Shown piece by piece: positions 1 through 9,519 of a stretch of 64,000 nucleotides of DNA. Under the pieces are notes generated by a model, which was not told where the DNA came from, did no database searches, and saw nothing but the letters and a program-made list of their open reading frames with translations. The number at the start of each line of letters is the position of its first letter. Position 1 is the first letter of the stretch. Position numbers and translations under genes: made by a program. Origin of the DNA: a virus (Duplodnaviria > Heunggongvirae > Uroviricota > Caudoviricetes); IMG/VR virus record IMGVR_UViG_2698536484_000026. One strand, 5' to 3'.

Positions 1-34
1 TCTCTCAATAAATGCAAACTCACACAATGAATAA

Positions 35-1165
35 GTGGTTACTTATCTTTGTGAGGTTTTTGTGTCACTCCTTTTGAATCGTGAGCATACGAACGGTCAG
101 GTAACAAACGCATCGTATGCAAAAGTTATTGAGACGGTGCTTAAAAGCGGCGTGCAGGCTGATGATCGCACAGGCACTGGTACTTTAAGCACCTGCTACG
201 TTCCCTCTTACTACATGCTTACTGGTGGGACTGTGCCGCTTATTTCTGGAAAGGCGGTAAATCTTAAGCCACTACTTGTCGAACTTGAGTGGTATCTGAA
301 AGGCACGGGTAACATTCAATTTCTCAAGGATAACGGCGTTAAGATTTGGGATGCATGGGCCGATGAGAATGGCGATTTGGGGCCAGTTTACGGTAAGCAG
401 TGGCGTCGATGGGAAGATACCCGCATCGTGAGCCATAGTGAATATCTGAGCAAGATCGCTACTTTCCGTGAACGCGGGTACAAAGTCGAGGGATACCTAG
501 GTATCAGTGAAGATCGCGTAGTGCTGTCCCGTGAAATCGATCAGCTACAGCGTATTGTCGATACACTGCGCACGAACCCTACCGATCGTCGCATCATGCT
601 TAACGCATGGAACGTAGGCGAGCTTGAGGATATGAAACTGCCACCTTGCCACTTTGTCTTCTCTTTGTGGAGTCGTGAGCTTGATTTTGAAACCCGTTTA
701 ACGATGGCAACTGACATTGGTCTTCAACACAGTCGCCTCGGTTACGAGTCTATCTACACCAAGATGCTATACGATCTGGAGATGGACGGCAGTGTTACTG
801 AAGCTGAACTGGATGAACTTGGAATCCCCAAACGCATCCTCAACTCCTGCCTCGTACAGCGTAGCGTAGACACTTTTGTTGGTATGCCATTCAATATTGC
901 TGGTTATGGCATTCTCACTCATTTTCTCGCGAAGATTACGGGTCACATGGCCGGTGCCTTTGTGCATTTTGGCTTTGACGTGCATTTGTACAATAACCAC
1001 ATGGAAAGTGTGTGTGAGCTAATGAAACGACAGGCTCCAGAGCATTCAGATCCGGTCGTTATTTTCCCTCATGAATGGTCTGAGCTGGATGATTTCAAAT
1101 GGGACGATATTCTGATTCTTGGCTATGACCCTCTACCGTGGATCAAGGTTCCAGTGGCGGTGTGA
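35..1165 (+). CDS. thyA: Thymidylate synthase family protein (ThyA-like, two insertions; GTG start uncertain)
   Basis: Motifs DRTGTGT, GPVYGKQWR, NAWNVGELEDMKLPPCH, QRSVDTFVGMPFNIAGY, HLYNNH align to ThyA; 376 aa vs about 264 aa for E. coli ThyA. Confidence 0.7.
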   Translation: MVTYLCEVFVSLLLNREHTNGQVTNASYAKVIETVLKSGVQADDRTGTGTLSTCYVPSYYMLTGGTVPLISGKAVNLKPLLVELEWYLKGTGNIQFLKDNGVKIWDAWADENGDLGPVYGKQWRRWEDTRIVSHSEYLSKIATFRERGYKVEGYLGISEDRVVLSREIDQLQRIVDTLRTNPTDRRIMLNAWNVGELEDMKLPPCHFVFSLWSRELDFETRLTMATDIGLQHSRLGYESIYTKMLYDLEMDGSVTEAELDELGIPKRILNSCLVQRSVDTFVGMPFNIAGYGILTHFLAKITGHMAGAFVHFGFDVHLYNNHMESVCELMKRQAPEHSDPVVIFPHEWSELDDFKWDDILILGYDPLPWIKVPVAV

Positions 1166-1166
1166 T

Positions 1167-1580
1167 ATGGCAAGAGGTATGTATGTCTTATGCGAAATTG
1201 AAGGTGTGCTGGCAAATACCAGCCATCGTAAATCTGTATTTGACGCGGATGCAGGCCAGCTCATTGCCGGTGATGACCTCATTTTCCCCACCAGCCGTAT
1301 GTTGCGTGGTTTTGCTCGCTCAGGGGCTGAAGTGGTGCTTATCAGTAGCCGCTCTGAAACTCTTGAAGCGCCCACTAAACGATGGCTGAAAGATTTTGGT
1401 GTTGATTACGACTGGCTTCATCTCGTACCGAATGGCATCAGTTATGAGAAGCATATTAAGCGCACATTAGCGGAGCATAAAGGCGATCTGCTTATCGCTG
1501 CGCTGGTGCACGATCCTCGACTCCGTGCCGCTTTAGCTGACTCTCATCATAGACCGGTCATCTATGAGGTGGGCAAATGA
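1167..1580 (+). CDS. Hypothetical protein, coupled between ThyA-like and DHFR genes
   Basis: ATG at 1167 right after thyA-like stop; 3' end overlaps DHFR start (ATGA); no recognisable motif. Confidence 0.4.
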   Translation: MARGMYVLCEIEGVLANTSHRKSVFDADAGQLIAGDDLIFPTSRMLRGFARSGAEVVLISSRSETLEAPTKRWLKDFGVDYDWLHLVPNGISYEKHIKRTLAEHKGDLLIAALVHDPRLRAALADSHHRPVIYEVGK

Positions 1581-2053
1581 AGATGATAGCTGCTGTTGGC
1601 CGTAATTATGAGATCGGTATAGCGAACGAACTGCCCTGGCGTTGCTCTACCGATCTGAAGCTATTTAAGAGACTCACCAAAAACGCCACTGTCGTTATGG
1701 GACGTAAAACGATGGAAAGTCTCAAACGCCCTCTTCCAGAGCGTCATAATCTCGTTTTGACGCGCTCTCATGGCTTTGTACCAAATGGATTCTACCCTGC
1801 TGGTGTGGATGATGTGTTGCGATTACCAGAGCCTGTGTGGGTGATTGGCGGGGAACAAATTTACTCGCTATTCATGCCGCATGTTGAAGAGATTTGGCTC
1901 TCCCACATCGGCGTTGATGTACCAAACGCTGATGCATTCTTCCCGGCAAGCATGATGCGTAACTTAGGCTTTGTGTCTGTTGAAACAGCTTATACCCAAC
2001 GAGCCAGCGAGGAAGAGCCTGGCTTTTCGCAGATCGTATACAGAAGGTCGTAA
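1577..2053 (+). CDS. folA: Dihydrofolate reductase
   Basis: MIAAVGRNYEIG...LPW, VVMGRKTMESL, PLPERHNLVLTRS, VIGGEQIY match DHFR signature regions. Confidence 0.75.
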   Translation: MKMIAAVGRNYEIGIANELPWRCSTDLKLFKRLTKNATVVMGRKTMESLKRPLPERHNLVLTRSHGFVPNGFYPAGVDDVLRLPEPVWVIGGEQIYSLFMPHVEEIWLSHIGVDVPNADAFFPASMMRNLGFVSVETAYTQRASEEEPGFSQIVYRRS

Positions 2054-2697
2054 TGGATTACCGGATTGGGATCACTGGTGCTCAGGGCAGTGGGAAAACA
2101 ACCCTGGCTAAATATATCGACAAACATTACGGAATCCCTTACGTGGATGCTGGTGTCGGAAGTTTGATGAGCCGCCTCGGTGTTCGAGTAGGTGAGTCTA
2201 TGCCTCTATATGAGCGGCTTCAGATTCAAATGGAAATAGCAAAGCACATAGAGCTACTTACGCGTGGTGTTGAAGGCTTTGTTATCGATCGCACACCTGC
2301 TGATGTTATGGCCTACACGTTGGATTTGGTCGGCCATACAAATGAAGAGCGGTGTATTGAGTTAGCCCTCGATATCGAAAAGTTTTGCCACAAAACTGCC
2401 ATTTCAAACTTTAACGCCATTGCTGGCTTACGCCCGGGAGTCGCTCTCTCAGAGCGAGATTACTTGCGATCACAACGAGCATCATTAGACCGTCTGTATG
2501 TTGCTCGTATTGATGCGTTGATGTGCGGGGAACTGACAAAAATTCACCTGCATCCGCAAAGGGGAGATCTGCAAACCTTCGTCGTTTCCAACCGATATCG
2601 CACGGTTGAAGCAAGAGCCAGATCAGTGATGAGAATGCTAGATAACGCTGTAGAAAAGATAGAAAACCGGTTCTGTGGCCGAGTGACCGTTCATTAG
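2053..2697 (+). CDS. P-loop nucleotide kinase (putative dNMP kinase)
   Basis: Walker A GITGAQGSGKTT at N-terminus; sits in nucleotide-metabolism cluster. Confidence 0.5.
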   Translation: MDYRIGITGAQGSGKTTLAKYIDKHYGIPYVDAGVGSLMSRLGVRVGESMPLYERLQIQMEIAKHIELLTRGVEGFVIDRTPADVMAYTLDLVGHTNEERCIELALDIEKFCHKTAISNFNAIAGLRPGVALSERDYLRSQRASLDRLYVARIDALMCGELTKIHLHPQRGDLQTFVVSNRYRTVEARARSVMRMLDNAVEKIENRFCGRVTVH

Positions 2698-2758
2698 AAA
2701 TTGTTCGCCTCTTCTACATTGCGACAATAAAACTCTCAAAATGGGTTAAGGATAAAAA

Positions 2759-3178
2759 ATGTTTAGTGAAATGTTGCTTGAAGATGAACTGGATCGGAAA
2801 ACAACAGAGGCTTTGATTCGTGTAGCGGACGAACATTCCCGGTCGCTTATGAGCGATCGAGAGGCTCGTCTGGCTATTCGTGCCATATTCGAAACTGCGC
2901 AGGGGCTTGTTGGTACACAAGTGGGTGAAGCCATTAACATCGCCATGTCTCAGTTCAGTGAAGGCAGTAAAAAGCCTCTGTTTCCTATGCATTTGATGCT
3001 GGCTGGTGGCACGGTGCTTTATATCTCTGTTTGTCTGGATAGCAACCAAATCAATATTCTCAACACTGTGTCAGGTAAGTGGAAAGATCCGATTGTCTGT
3101 GAAACCAGTGAAGAAACTTTGAAAAAAGCGGCTCAATTTGTACGTAGCGCACTACTTAAGGGCGCTAAGAAGTTGTAA
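2759..3178 (+). CDS. Hypothetical protein
   Basis: ORF with AGGA-type RBS context, same strand as operon. Confidence 0.4.
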   Translation: MFSEMLLEDELDRKTTEALIRVADEHSRSLMSDREARLAIRAIFETAQGLVGTQVGEAINIAMSQFSEGSKKPLFPMHLMLAGGTVLYISVCLDSNQINILNTVSGKWKDPIVCETSEETLKKAAQFVRSALLKGAKKL

Positions 3179-3187
3179 GGAGTAGTA

Positions 3188-3982
3188 ATGGGACAACCGG
3201 TAGACATAACAGGTAAACGTTTTGGAAAGTTGGTTGCACTTAAATATTCCGGTATTTCAAACAAACAAGGGCGACTTTGGGATTGCATCTGCGATTGCGG
3301 CAACACCTGCCTGGTTAGTTACGGGAAGCTAAATCACGGGGCGACAATATCGTGTGGCTGTGTCTACAACGCACATCGCCGTAGCGTAAAGCCTCATGGT
3401 ATGAGTAAAACGCCAATTTATCGTATATGGCTGGGTATGCGGGAACGATGTGAAAAACCAACCCATCACGCCTATAAGTGGTATGGCGGCCGAGGTATCA
3501 AAGTCTGCGAGCGGTGGCAAATATTTGAAAACTTTTATGCTGACATGGGAGAGCGACCAGAGGGGATGTCTCTTGATCGCAAAGATGTGAATGGTGACTA
3601 CGAACCTGAAAATTGCAGATGGGCGACTTTTGAAGAACAGGCCAATAACACGCGTTCAAACTTAATTTTGGAGCATAAGGGGGAAAAGCTGACTCTCTCA
3701 CAATGGGCTAAAAGAGCCGGGATTCAGACATCAACTCTTCACTATCGAATCAAGAAAGGGTGGCCATTAGATCGCGCGCTTAACGCCAGCGTCGACACGT
3801 ATGCCAACCGAGATAGTAAGCGTCTGATCGAGTGTCGCGGCAGAACTCAGCGAATTACCGAATGGGCTAGAGAGGTTGGCTTGACTGCGACCATTATCTC
3901 GCAGCGAATTTTGAGGGGGTGGGATGTTGAAGCTGCCATCTTCACACCGTCCAAACGACCAGTAAAAGGAGATAAAAAGTGA
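3188..3982 (+). CDS. HNH endonuclease (phage homing-endonuclease type)
   Basis: YRIWLGMRERC and NGDYEPENCRWATFEEQANNTR motifs typical of phage HNH endonucleases. Confidence 0.65.
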   Translation: MGQPVDITGKRFGKLVALKYSGISNKQGRLWDCICDCGNTCLVSYGKLNHGATISCGCVYNAHRRSVKPHGMSKTPIYRIWLGMRERCEKPTHHAYKWYGGRGIKVCERWQIFENFYADMGERPEGMSLDRKDVNGDYEPENCRWATFEEQANNTRSNLILEHKGEKLTLSQWAKRAGIQTSTLHYRIKKGWPLDRALNASVDTYANRDSKRLIECRGRTQRITEWAREVGLTATIISQRILRGWDVEAAIFTPSKRPVKGDKK

Positions 3983-4527
3983 TTGCTACAGGGGTGGACA
4001 TCGAATCAACAGGTCTTGATTTCCTCTCAGGCCATAAAATCATTGAAATCGCAATGGTGAAGTACGAAATTGAGACACAGACAATGGTTGATAGTTTTGT
4101 AATGCGGTTCAACCCGCGTCGCAGTATCGATCCGAAAGCGCAAGCGGTACACGGCATCAGTCTTGAAGATTTAGCCGCCGAGCCGTTACTAGCCGATCAC
4201 GCTTCATCTGTCGCTTCGTATCTCTCTTCTTCCGATATTTGGATAGCCCACAACGGCGAAGCGTTCGATATTCCGTTTATTAGGCATGAGCTGAAAAGTT
4301 ACGGTTTTTCGCTTCCAGACATCCCATTGATTGACACTCTATTTTCCCTGTGGGCCACAGAAGACGGTAAACGTCCCCGCCTTGAAGAGTTGGCCTTCTC
4401 TCTTGGCTTTATATACGATCATGCCAAAGCACATAGTGCCTTATATGACACAAACTTAATGATGCAATGCTTCTTTAAGGCACGTAATAAGTACGGATTT
4501 TTTAAATTACCCTCTGAAATTGTGTAA
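3979..4527 (+). CDS. DnaQ-like 3'-5' exonuclease (DEDDh)
   Basis: Exo I DIESTGLD, Exo II IAHNGEAFDIPFI, Exo III HSALYDT. Confidence 0.7.
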   Translation: MIATGVDIESTGLDFLSGHKIIEIAMVKYEIETQTMVDSFVMRFNPRRSIDPKAQAVHGISLEDLAAEPLLADHASSVASYLSSSDIWIAHNGEAFDIPFIRHELKSYGFSLPDIPLIDTLFSLWATEDGKRPRLEELAFSLGFIYDHAKAHSALYDTNLMMQCFFKARNKYGFFKLPSEIV

Positions 4528-4533
4528 AACAAA

Positions 4534-4570
4534 AGCCTACTTTAAAAAGTTTAAAGTAGGCTTTCTTTTA
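4534..4570 (+). terminator. Rho-independent terminator-like hairpin
   Basis: agcctacttta/taaagtaggct stem followed by T-rich run. Confidence 0.5.
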
Positions 4571-4685
4571 AAGAACAGTCGCCTTTCAATCATTTCCTGC
4601 CTGTATTTAATACTTTTCCGCCTGATAGGTTTAGTCAAAATGTAGCCATCGAAACGCAAATGCAACTAAACAGAAGGAGACTTAC

Positions 4686-5495
4686 ATGAGTTCGGTTGAA
4701 AATGTAATGACAAATGATGATCTGGATGAGCTGACAGCCATGTTGCAATCACTTGATGAACCAGTAAAAAAAGCTGCACAGGTTGAAAATACTGATGATA
4801 TTGACGATCTGCTTCTCGGCCTCGATGCTGGCGTAGCCATGAGTTCTGATGATGTTGCCGAAGAACTGTTCAATGAAGAAAAAGCAGGTGATTTCAGCTC
4901 CGCTTTAAATGAGTTGGAGTTAGCTCATGAGCCTATAAACGTAATTAAGGCTGAAAGTGTTGAATCTGCCGAAAACGAGCCAGAACAATTGGGATTTATT
5001 GAGGTTGAAGAGTGTGTTGAGGTTAATGATGAATTAAAAGTTCAACAGTCAAATGATAGCAATACAAATAAAAAAGCTCGTACTGCAAGAGGTCCTCGTT
5101 TTACTTTAAGTGATAAAGATTATTTGTTTTTCAATAAAGCAGGCTTAGAAAAAGATATTTTCTTAGACGCTTACGAAAACGCGCCTGTCAAAGCAAAGGA
5201 TAAGATATTAAACCTTCTTAATTGGTTTAGCGGAGGTCCAGATATTAGTGTTTACACGGTAATTTCCATGAGACACCTTCTCACAGAAAAGAAGGCTACA
5301 AGTAATAGTATTAAGATTGCTTTAATGAGCAATCCAGAAAAACCGTATCCGCTTAACACTGCGTCAACTCAGGCTGGGCAAATGATGGCTGTATTTCCAG
5401 CTACAGGAATTGCTGTTAGAGACGGTGGAAATCTAACATTGAACGAAGAATCACCGATCGTTAAGAAGTTTGTCGCGGAGTACACTATTGGATGA
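4686..5495 (+). CDS. Hypothetical protein with highly acidic N-terminal half
   Basis: About 120 aa D/E-rich N-terminus, basic C-terminus; RBS GGAGA upstream. Confidence 0.45.
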   Translation: MSSVENVMTNDDLDELTAMLQSLDEPVKKAAQVENTDDIDDLLLGLDAGVAMSSDDVAEELFNEEKAGDFSSALNELELAHEPINVIKAESVESAENEPEQLGFIEVEECVEVNDELKVQQSNDSNTNKKARTARGPRFTLSDKDYLFFNKAGLEKDIFLDAYENAPVKAKDKILNLLNWFSGGPDISVYTVISMRHLLTEKKATSNSIKIALMSNPEKPYPLNTASTQAGQMMAVFPATGIAVRDGGNLTLNEESPIVKKFVAEYTIG

Positions 5496-5570
5496 CGTTC
5501 CCCTACTGAAAATAAAGCCCATAGAGAGCTTTATAGTGCTGGGTAAGCTAACCCATACCCAGCACCACAA

Positions 5571-5616
5571 AAACGCGCCAGAGAGCTTCTTGTTCGCATT
5601 TCTGGCGCGTTTTATT
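5571..5616 (+). terminator. Rho-independent terminator
   Basis: cgcgccaga...tctggcgcg stem followed by tttta. Confidence 0.5.
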
Positions 5617-5677
5617 TGATTGCCATACATAAAATCAAATGCAAAAATAGGTAATCACTTACCTATCGAGAAAGAAG

Positions 5678-6271
5678 ATGATTGCAGCCGAAAAAATCAA
5701 ACAGCGAAAGCGCGACAACTCTCTTCGTGACCTCTGGAGAACACCTGATTGGCTGTTTTCTGCCATTCAACGTTATCTTGGAGTGACATTTGATGTTGAC
5801 GTTGCCTGCAACAAGGACAACGCAAAGCTGCCTAATTTCATAGGCATTGAGCGTGATGCTTTGAAATCTGAATGGGGACAGCCAGGTACAATTGCCTTCC
5901 TCAATCCACCCTACTCCAAAATCTCCCCCTGGATTGATGCTGCTATACGTGAGCAGGCTCGCGGAGTTACAACAGTGATTCTAATTCCTCAATCCCTCGA
6001 TACAAAGTGGTATGAGCGTGCAACAGAGTATGCGAATGAGACGATTATTCTGTCTGGTGGCCGCGTAGCGTTTGTCGAGCCTGACGTCAATTTGGGTCAG
6101 GTAGAAGTAAACATCAACCCCGGTGGCAGTATGCTCGTTGTTTTTCGAGGATTCTGTCAGGACGCTGGGCACTCTATAAGCAAGATCCCTTTGGACGTCA
6201 TGAAAAGTCTGGGAGGGTATGATCCTGCGAATGTGGTCAGGAAAAAAAGACCATCAAAGAAGGCTGCTTAG
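5678..6271 (+). CDS. Phage Dam-like DNA N6-adenine methyltransferase
   Basis: DLWRTPDWLF and LNPPYS motifs. Confidence 0.7.
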   Translation: MIAAEKIKQRKRDNSLRDLWRTPDWLFSAIQRYLGVTFDVDVACNKDNAKLPNFIGIERDALKSEWGQPGTIAFLNPPYSKISPWIDAAIREQARGVTTVILIPQSLDTKWYERATEYANETIILSGGRVAFVEPDVNLGQVEVNINPGGSMLVVFRGFCQDAGHSISKIPLDVMKSLGGYDPANVVRKKRPSKKAA

Positions 6272-6292
6272 TTTGTTCTGGCGTCTGTAATT

Positions 6293-6351
6293 AGCCTGCT
6301 TCTGTATATATAAATAACTACATATTAATTATTAATATACGGAAGCAGGCT
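6293..6351. repeat. Large inverted-repeat element (copy 1 of a conserved element)
   Basis: Perfect 10-bp arms AGCCTGCTTC / GAAGCAGGCT around a 39-nt AT-rich loop containing CTGTATATATAAATAA; repeated at 37413-37461. Confidence 0.5.
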
Positions 6352-6456
6352 GTTTTGTATCAGAGACTCCAGACCTGAACATCACTACAGAATCCACTAG
6401 AACCCTTCCCAGACGCTTTAAAATCGATTTTATGAACCACTTTAAGGAAAACTAAC

Positions 6457-6687
6457 ATGCCATACCCGACCAATGTTGTTGCGCTCGTAGAGAGCGATTT
6501 TCTGGCTAAGGCTCGTGAAATGATGAAAGATCGCGAGCAGGCTTTCAACTTGTACGAATGGGCAATTAAGTGCTTGCATCTTGGGGAGCATCGCGAACTT
6601 GTTGAACAGCTTTTAGGTGAGTTGATCAACGAGGTGTTTGCCTTGAATGTTCAACTACATGGTCGAGAAAATAATCAATCGAAATGA
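6457..6687 (+). CDS. Hypothetical small protein
   Basis: ORF with RBS-like AAGGAAAA upstream. Confidence 0.35.
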   Translation: MPYPTNVVALVESDFLAKAREMMKDREQAFNLYEWAIKCLHLGEHRELVEQLLGELINEVFALNVQLHGRENNQSK

Positions 6688-7271
6688 TAGATAAGTACAA
6701 ACTATTCATAAGATGAATTGTAAGTGCTAAGATCTGATAGTTTCCAGTCGTAGACTGGAGACTCGACCTGATGGGTGGGGGTAAGCGTCACTGGCGTCAG
6801 GTTTAAAAAAGTTCACTACCAGCGTAGAACCGGTGCCGTTTAGGTGTCGGGGAAGGGGGAACCAAAGTGAGCGGAGACAAGGGTCACTTTATGATTGTCG
6901 AGTCTGGGGTGTTTCGAGAGGTTGAATCCAGTACTCCCCTTCATAAAGTGTGGGAAGATCTCGGTTCTGGGGTGCTGTCATCCATAACTTCCCAAGTCTA
7001 AGCTGGCAGTAGACTTAGACCATAACTTTTCAGGTTATGAAACGACCAGGTTGGTGAGGGATTTTTATACTCACCTCCCTGGGAGAGTATTACCTGAAAA
7101 GACAACCTCTCACTTCGTTCGAGGTGAACTTCACTCACTTCGTTCGTTCAGTTCAGGTTTATAAAAACCTGTTCTGGGAAGTAATTTGTTTATTTTAATA
7201 ATTATTAACACGCACGCGTGTGCGCACGCGCGAGGAAAAAAATCGGCGCGGCGCTTGATTCAGGAGTTTAT

Positions 7272-7865
7272 ATGACGACGAAGACACCAGCCCGATCGCA
7301 AGCAAAAACTCGCAAAAAAGCCAAAAACAAAAATTCTCCCCGCACCAATCCCACAACGCCTGTCGTAGAGTTCAATCCCCAGCTTAAAACCGTGAAAATC
7401 TTCAGTGATGGCTCTTGCCTTAAAAATCCGGGTGGCCCGGGCGGTTACGGTATCGTTCTTCAGTATCGTGGAGAGGAACGCGAGTTCTCAGATGGTTTTC
7501 ATAGCACCACCAATAACCGCATGGAGATGATGGGGGCACTTATCGGGCTGGAGCGTTTGAAATATCCATGCAACGTTATTTTACACTCTGATAGCCAGTA
7601 TCTGAAAAACGGCATGACACAGTGGATGAAATGGTGGAAACGCAATGGATGGATGACTTCTGACAAAAAACCGGTAAAGAATGTTGATCTGTGGAAGCGT
7701 CTGGATGAGGCCGCAAGTCGACATAATGTTCGCTGGAAGTGGGTTAAAGGTCACGCCGGGCATCGTGAAAATGAAATATGTGATCGACTCGCGAAGATCG
7801 CAGCTTTTTCAGCAGCAGATATGCCTCACAAGAAAGATATTGGTTTTGTTTATAACAAGCGGTAA
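7272..7865 (+). CDS. rnhA: Ribonuclease H (RNase HI-like) with basic N-terminal extension
   Basis: [52 protein letters not shown] match RNase HI. Confidence 0.75.
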   Translation: MTTKTPARSQAKTRKKAKNKNSPRTNPTTPVVEFNPQLKTVKIFSDGSCLKNPGGPGGYGIVLQYRGEEREFSDGFHSTTNNRMEMMGALIGLERLKYPCNVILHSDSQYLKNGMTQWMKWWKRNGWMTSDKKPVKNVDLWKRLDEAASRHNVRWKWVKGHAGHRENEICDRLAKIAAFSAADMPHKKDIGFVYNKR

Positions 7866-8010
7866 GTAAGTGTTTACCTATCATTTTAAATCATGTATCT
7901 TATCGGCGTCAGGATGACAATGTGTCGGTAAGACACAGTTCCAGGATGGAACGAGAAAGGCGGCTGGCAATCGCCAGCCGCAACTCTTTCTGACACTGGA
8001 TGGAGTCCAC

Positions 8011-8505
8011 ATGGCACGTCAAACCTATTTCACTTCTGCAACTAAACGTCCTCGTTCTTTACGTCAAATTTTGGCCGAATTATTTAGCGGTCGTGTTATG
8101 TCACGTCTTGATGAACTAGAGACTACCGTTCGGTTGCTGAATGAACGTTTAGATAATCAAGCGTCAGTTGTTGCGAACGTGGGGGCGATTGTTGCCTCTG
8201 GTTCTTCACGCGAAGCGAAAAGTACACGGCCTTTAGTGAAGGAGAAAAACAACAAGGACAGTTCGAATGGAAAATTTTCAAAGAAAGAGGCTGAAACCAA
8301 TGGCCTACGTTCTCATTATAGTTTCACTGGCGACGGTAGCCGTTCCAGCCGGCCAGAGCCTTTTGATGCCGGATTCATCCATCACCACACCTTCGTCGAC
8401 GACAATTACCACCACTCCAGTGGAGCGTCCTGTCACTCTGGATGGGATGGCGGTGGATGCGATACCTCAAGTTCATCCAGTTACTCAGGATCATGCTGTG
8501 ACTAA
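8011..8505 (+). CDS. Hypothetical protein (C-terminal part questionable; overlaps next ORF in another frame)
   Basis: Good RBS and coiled-coil-like N-terminus; C-terminal 60 aa looks like out-of-frame low-complexity translation. Confidence 0.25.
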   Translation: MARQTYFTSATKRPRSLRQILAELFSGRVMSRLDELETTVRLLNERLDNQASVVANVGAIVASGSSREAKSTRPLVKEKNNKDSSNGKFSKKEAETNGLRSHYSFTGDGSRSSRPEPFDAGFIHHHTFVDDNYHHSSGASCHSGWDGGGCDTSSSSSYSGSCCD

Positions 8506-8518
8506 GGCGGTTGTATGA
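8267..8518 (+). CDS. Small membrane/secreted protein
   Basis: Hydrophobic segment MAYVLIIVSLATVAVPA; stop overlaps next start (ATGA). Confidence 0.35.
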   Translation: MENFQRKRLKPMAYVLIIVSLATVAVPAGQSLLMPDSSITTPSSTTITTTPVERPVTLDGMAVDAIPQVHPVTQDHAVTKAVV

Positions 8519-8703
8519 ACTGGTTTTCAAATCACTTTGGAAAAATTTGGCTGGCAATTCTTGCCCTCATGGCCGCCGGTTGGGTATCGAACATTATAAA
8601 ACTTGTTTGCTCTGGCGATCTCCAGTTTCAGGCTGGCATGACCTTGGCTCGTGTAGTTGGGATTTTTGTTTTTCCAGTTGGTTCGGTACTTGGTTATTTC
8701 TGA
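8515..8703 (+). CDS. Small membrane protein (two hydrophobic segments)
   Basis: IWLAILALMAAGWV and VVGIFVFPVGSVLGYF hydrophobic stretches. Confidence 0.4.
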   Translation: MNWFSNHFGKIWLAILALMAAGWVSNIIKLVCSGDLQFQAGMTLARVVGIFVFPVGSVLGYF

Positions 8704-8796
8704 CGGCTGTTAGTGCATATGCATTGACCATCTCTGCGTAAGCAATTTATGTAATTAGAAAACAACTTGTTTTGACAAATAATAAAAGGAAAACAC

Positions 8797-9222
8797 ATGT
8801 TAGGTTTCTTCAAAAAGAAAACTCGTAAAGCTGTTATCGAAGTCAAAAAAATGGAGAACCGTGATGCGGTTGAGGCCACCGTGTGGGGCGCGTACATGAT
8901 CTCCTATGCCGACGGCACATGTGACGCAAAAGAAATTGCCATTCTTGAGAAGACAATTGCAGCTCTGCCTGCGTTTTCTCCGTTTGCTGGTGAAATTGCC
9001 CAAATGAGCGCCAATATCCGTGCTCGTTACGAAGCGTCCCCTCGTTCTGCTAATGCACAGGCTATTCGTGAGCTGTCTGATATTGCGGGTACTCCAGAGG
9101 CGGTCGATGTTCTGTGTCTGTGCCTTGATATTGCCGATCAGGACGGCATTGGTGAACAAGAAGAGCAGGCACTGAAAAAGATCGCCCAGGCGCTTCAGTT
9201 GTCACTGGATGCTTATCTCTAA
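8797..9222 (+). CDS. TerB-like domain protein (tentative)
   Basis: YADGTCDAKEIAILE...DIADQDGIGEQEEQALKKIA resembles TerB-fold pattern; preceded by AAAACAA-N-TTGTTT motif. Confidence 0.45.
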   Translation: MLGFFKKKTRKAVIEVKKMENRDAVEATVWGAYMISYADGTCDAKEIAILEKTIAALPAFSPFAGEIAQMSANIRARYEASPRSANAQAIRELSDIAGTPEAVDVLCLCLDIADQDGIGEQEEQALKKIAQALQLSLDAYL

Positions 9223-9381
9223 TGCTTGAGAGATTCCGGCTTGTGATCGTCATTGCTCTTCTGGTGATGGCGGTGTTGGTGGATTTTACGGGAAAGATGA
9301 TGTCTGTCATTTCTGATGGCGTCCTCATTGGTTTGGCGATCTACTTCGCTTATCCGTTAGTTCGTAAAGCAAAGTGCTAAT
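9223..9381 (+). CDS. Small hydrophobic protein (52 aa)
   Basis: Mostly hydrophobic; ATG abuts previous stop; followed by terminator hairpin at 9383-9403. Confidence 0.3.
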
Positions 9382-9519
9382 GACAAGGGCCAAATGGCCC
9401 TTGTGTTTCGTTGACCGAAATAGAGAGTTTGCACCTTTACGTTTAGCTTGCTCCCCTTTTATGCCACATCACAATAAAGCCAATAAGAAAACAACTTGTT
9501 TAAGCATTAGGAAAAACAC

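Noticed and set aside
6302-6317. LexA-box-like CTGTATATATAAATAA in the repeated element
   Set aside because: Lacks the ACAG half-site at the N8 spacing, unlike the box at 18047-18066.
6690-7270. Group I intron interrupting a gene
   Set aside because: No split exon arrangement: the RNase H gene downstream is complete and the upstream ORF is unrelated.
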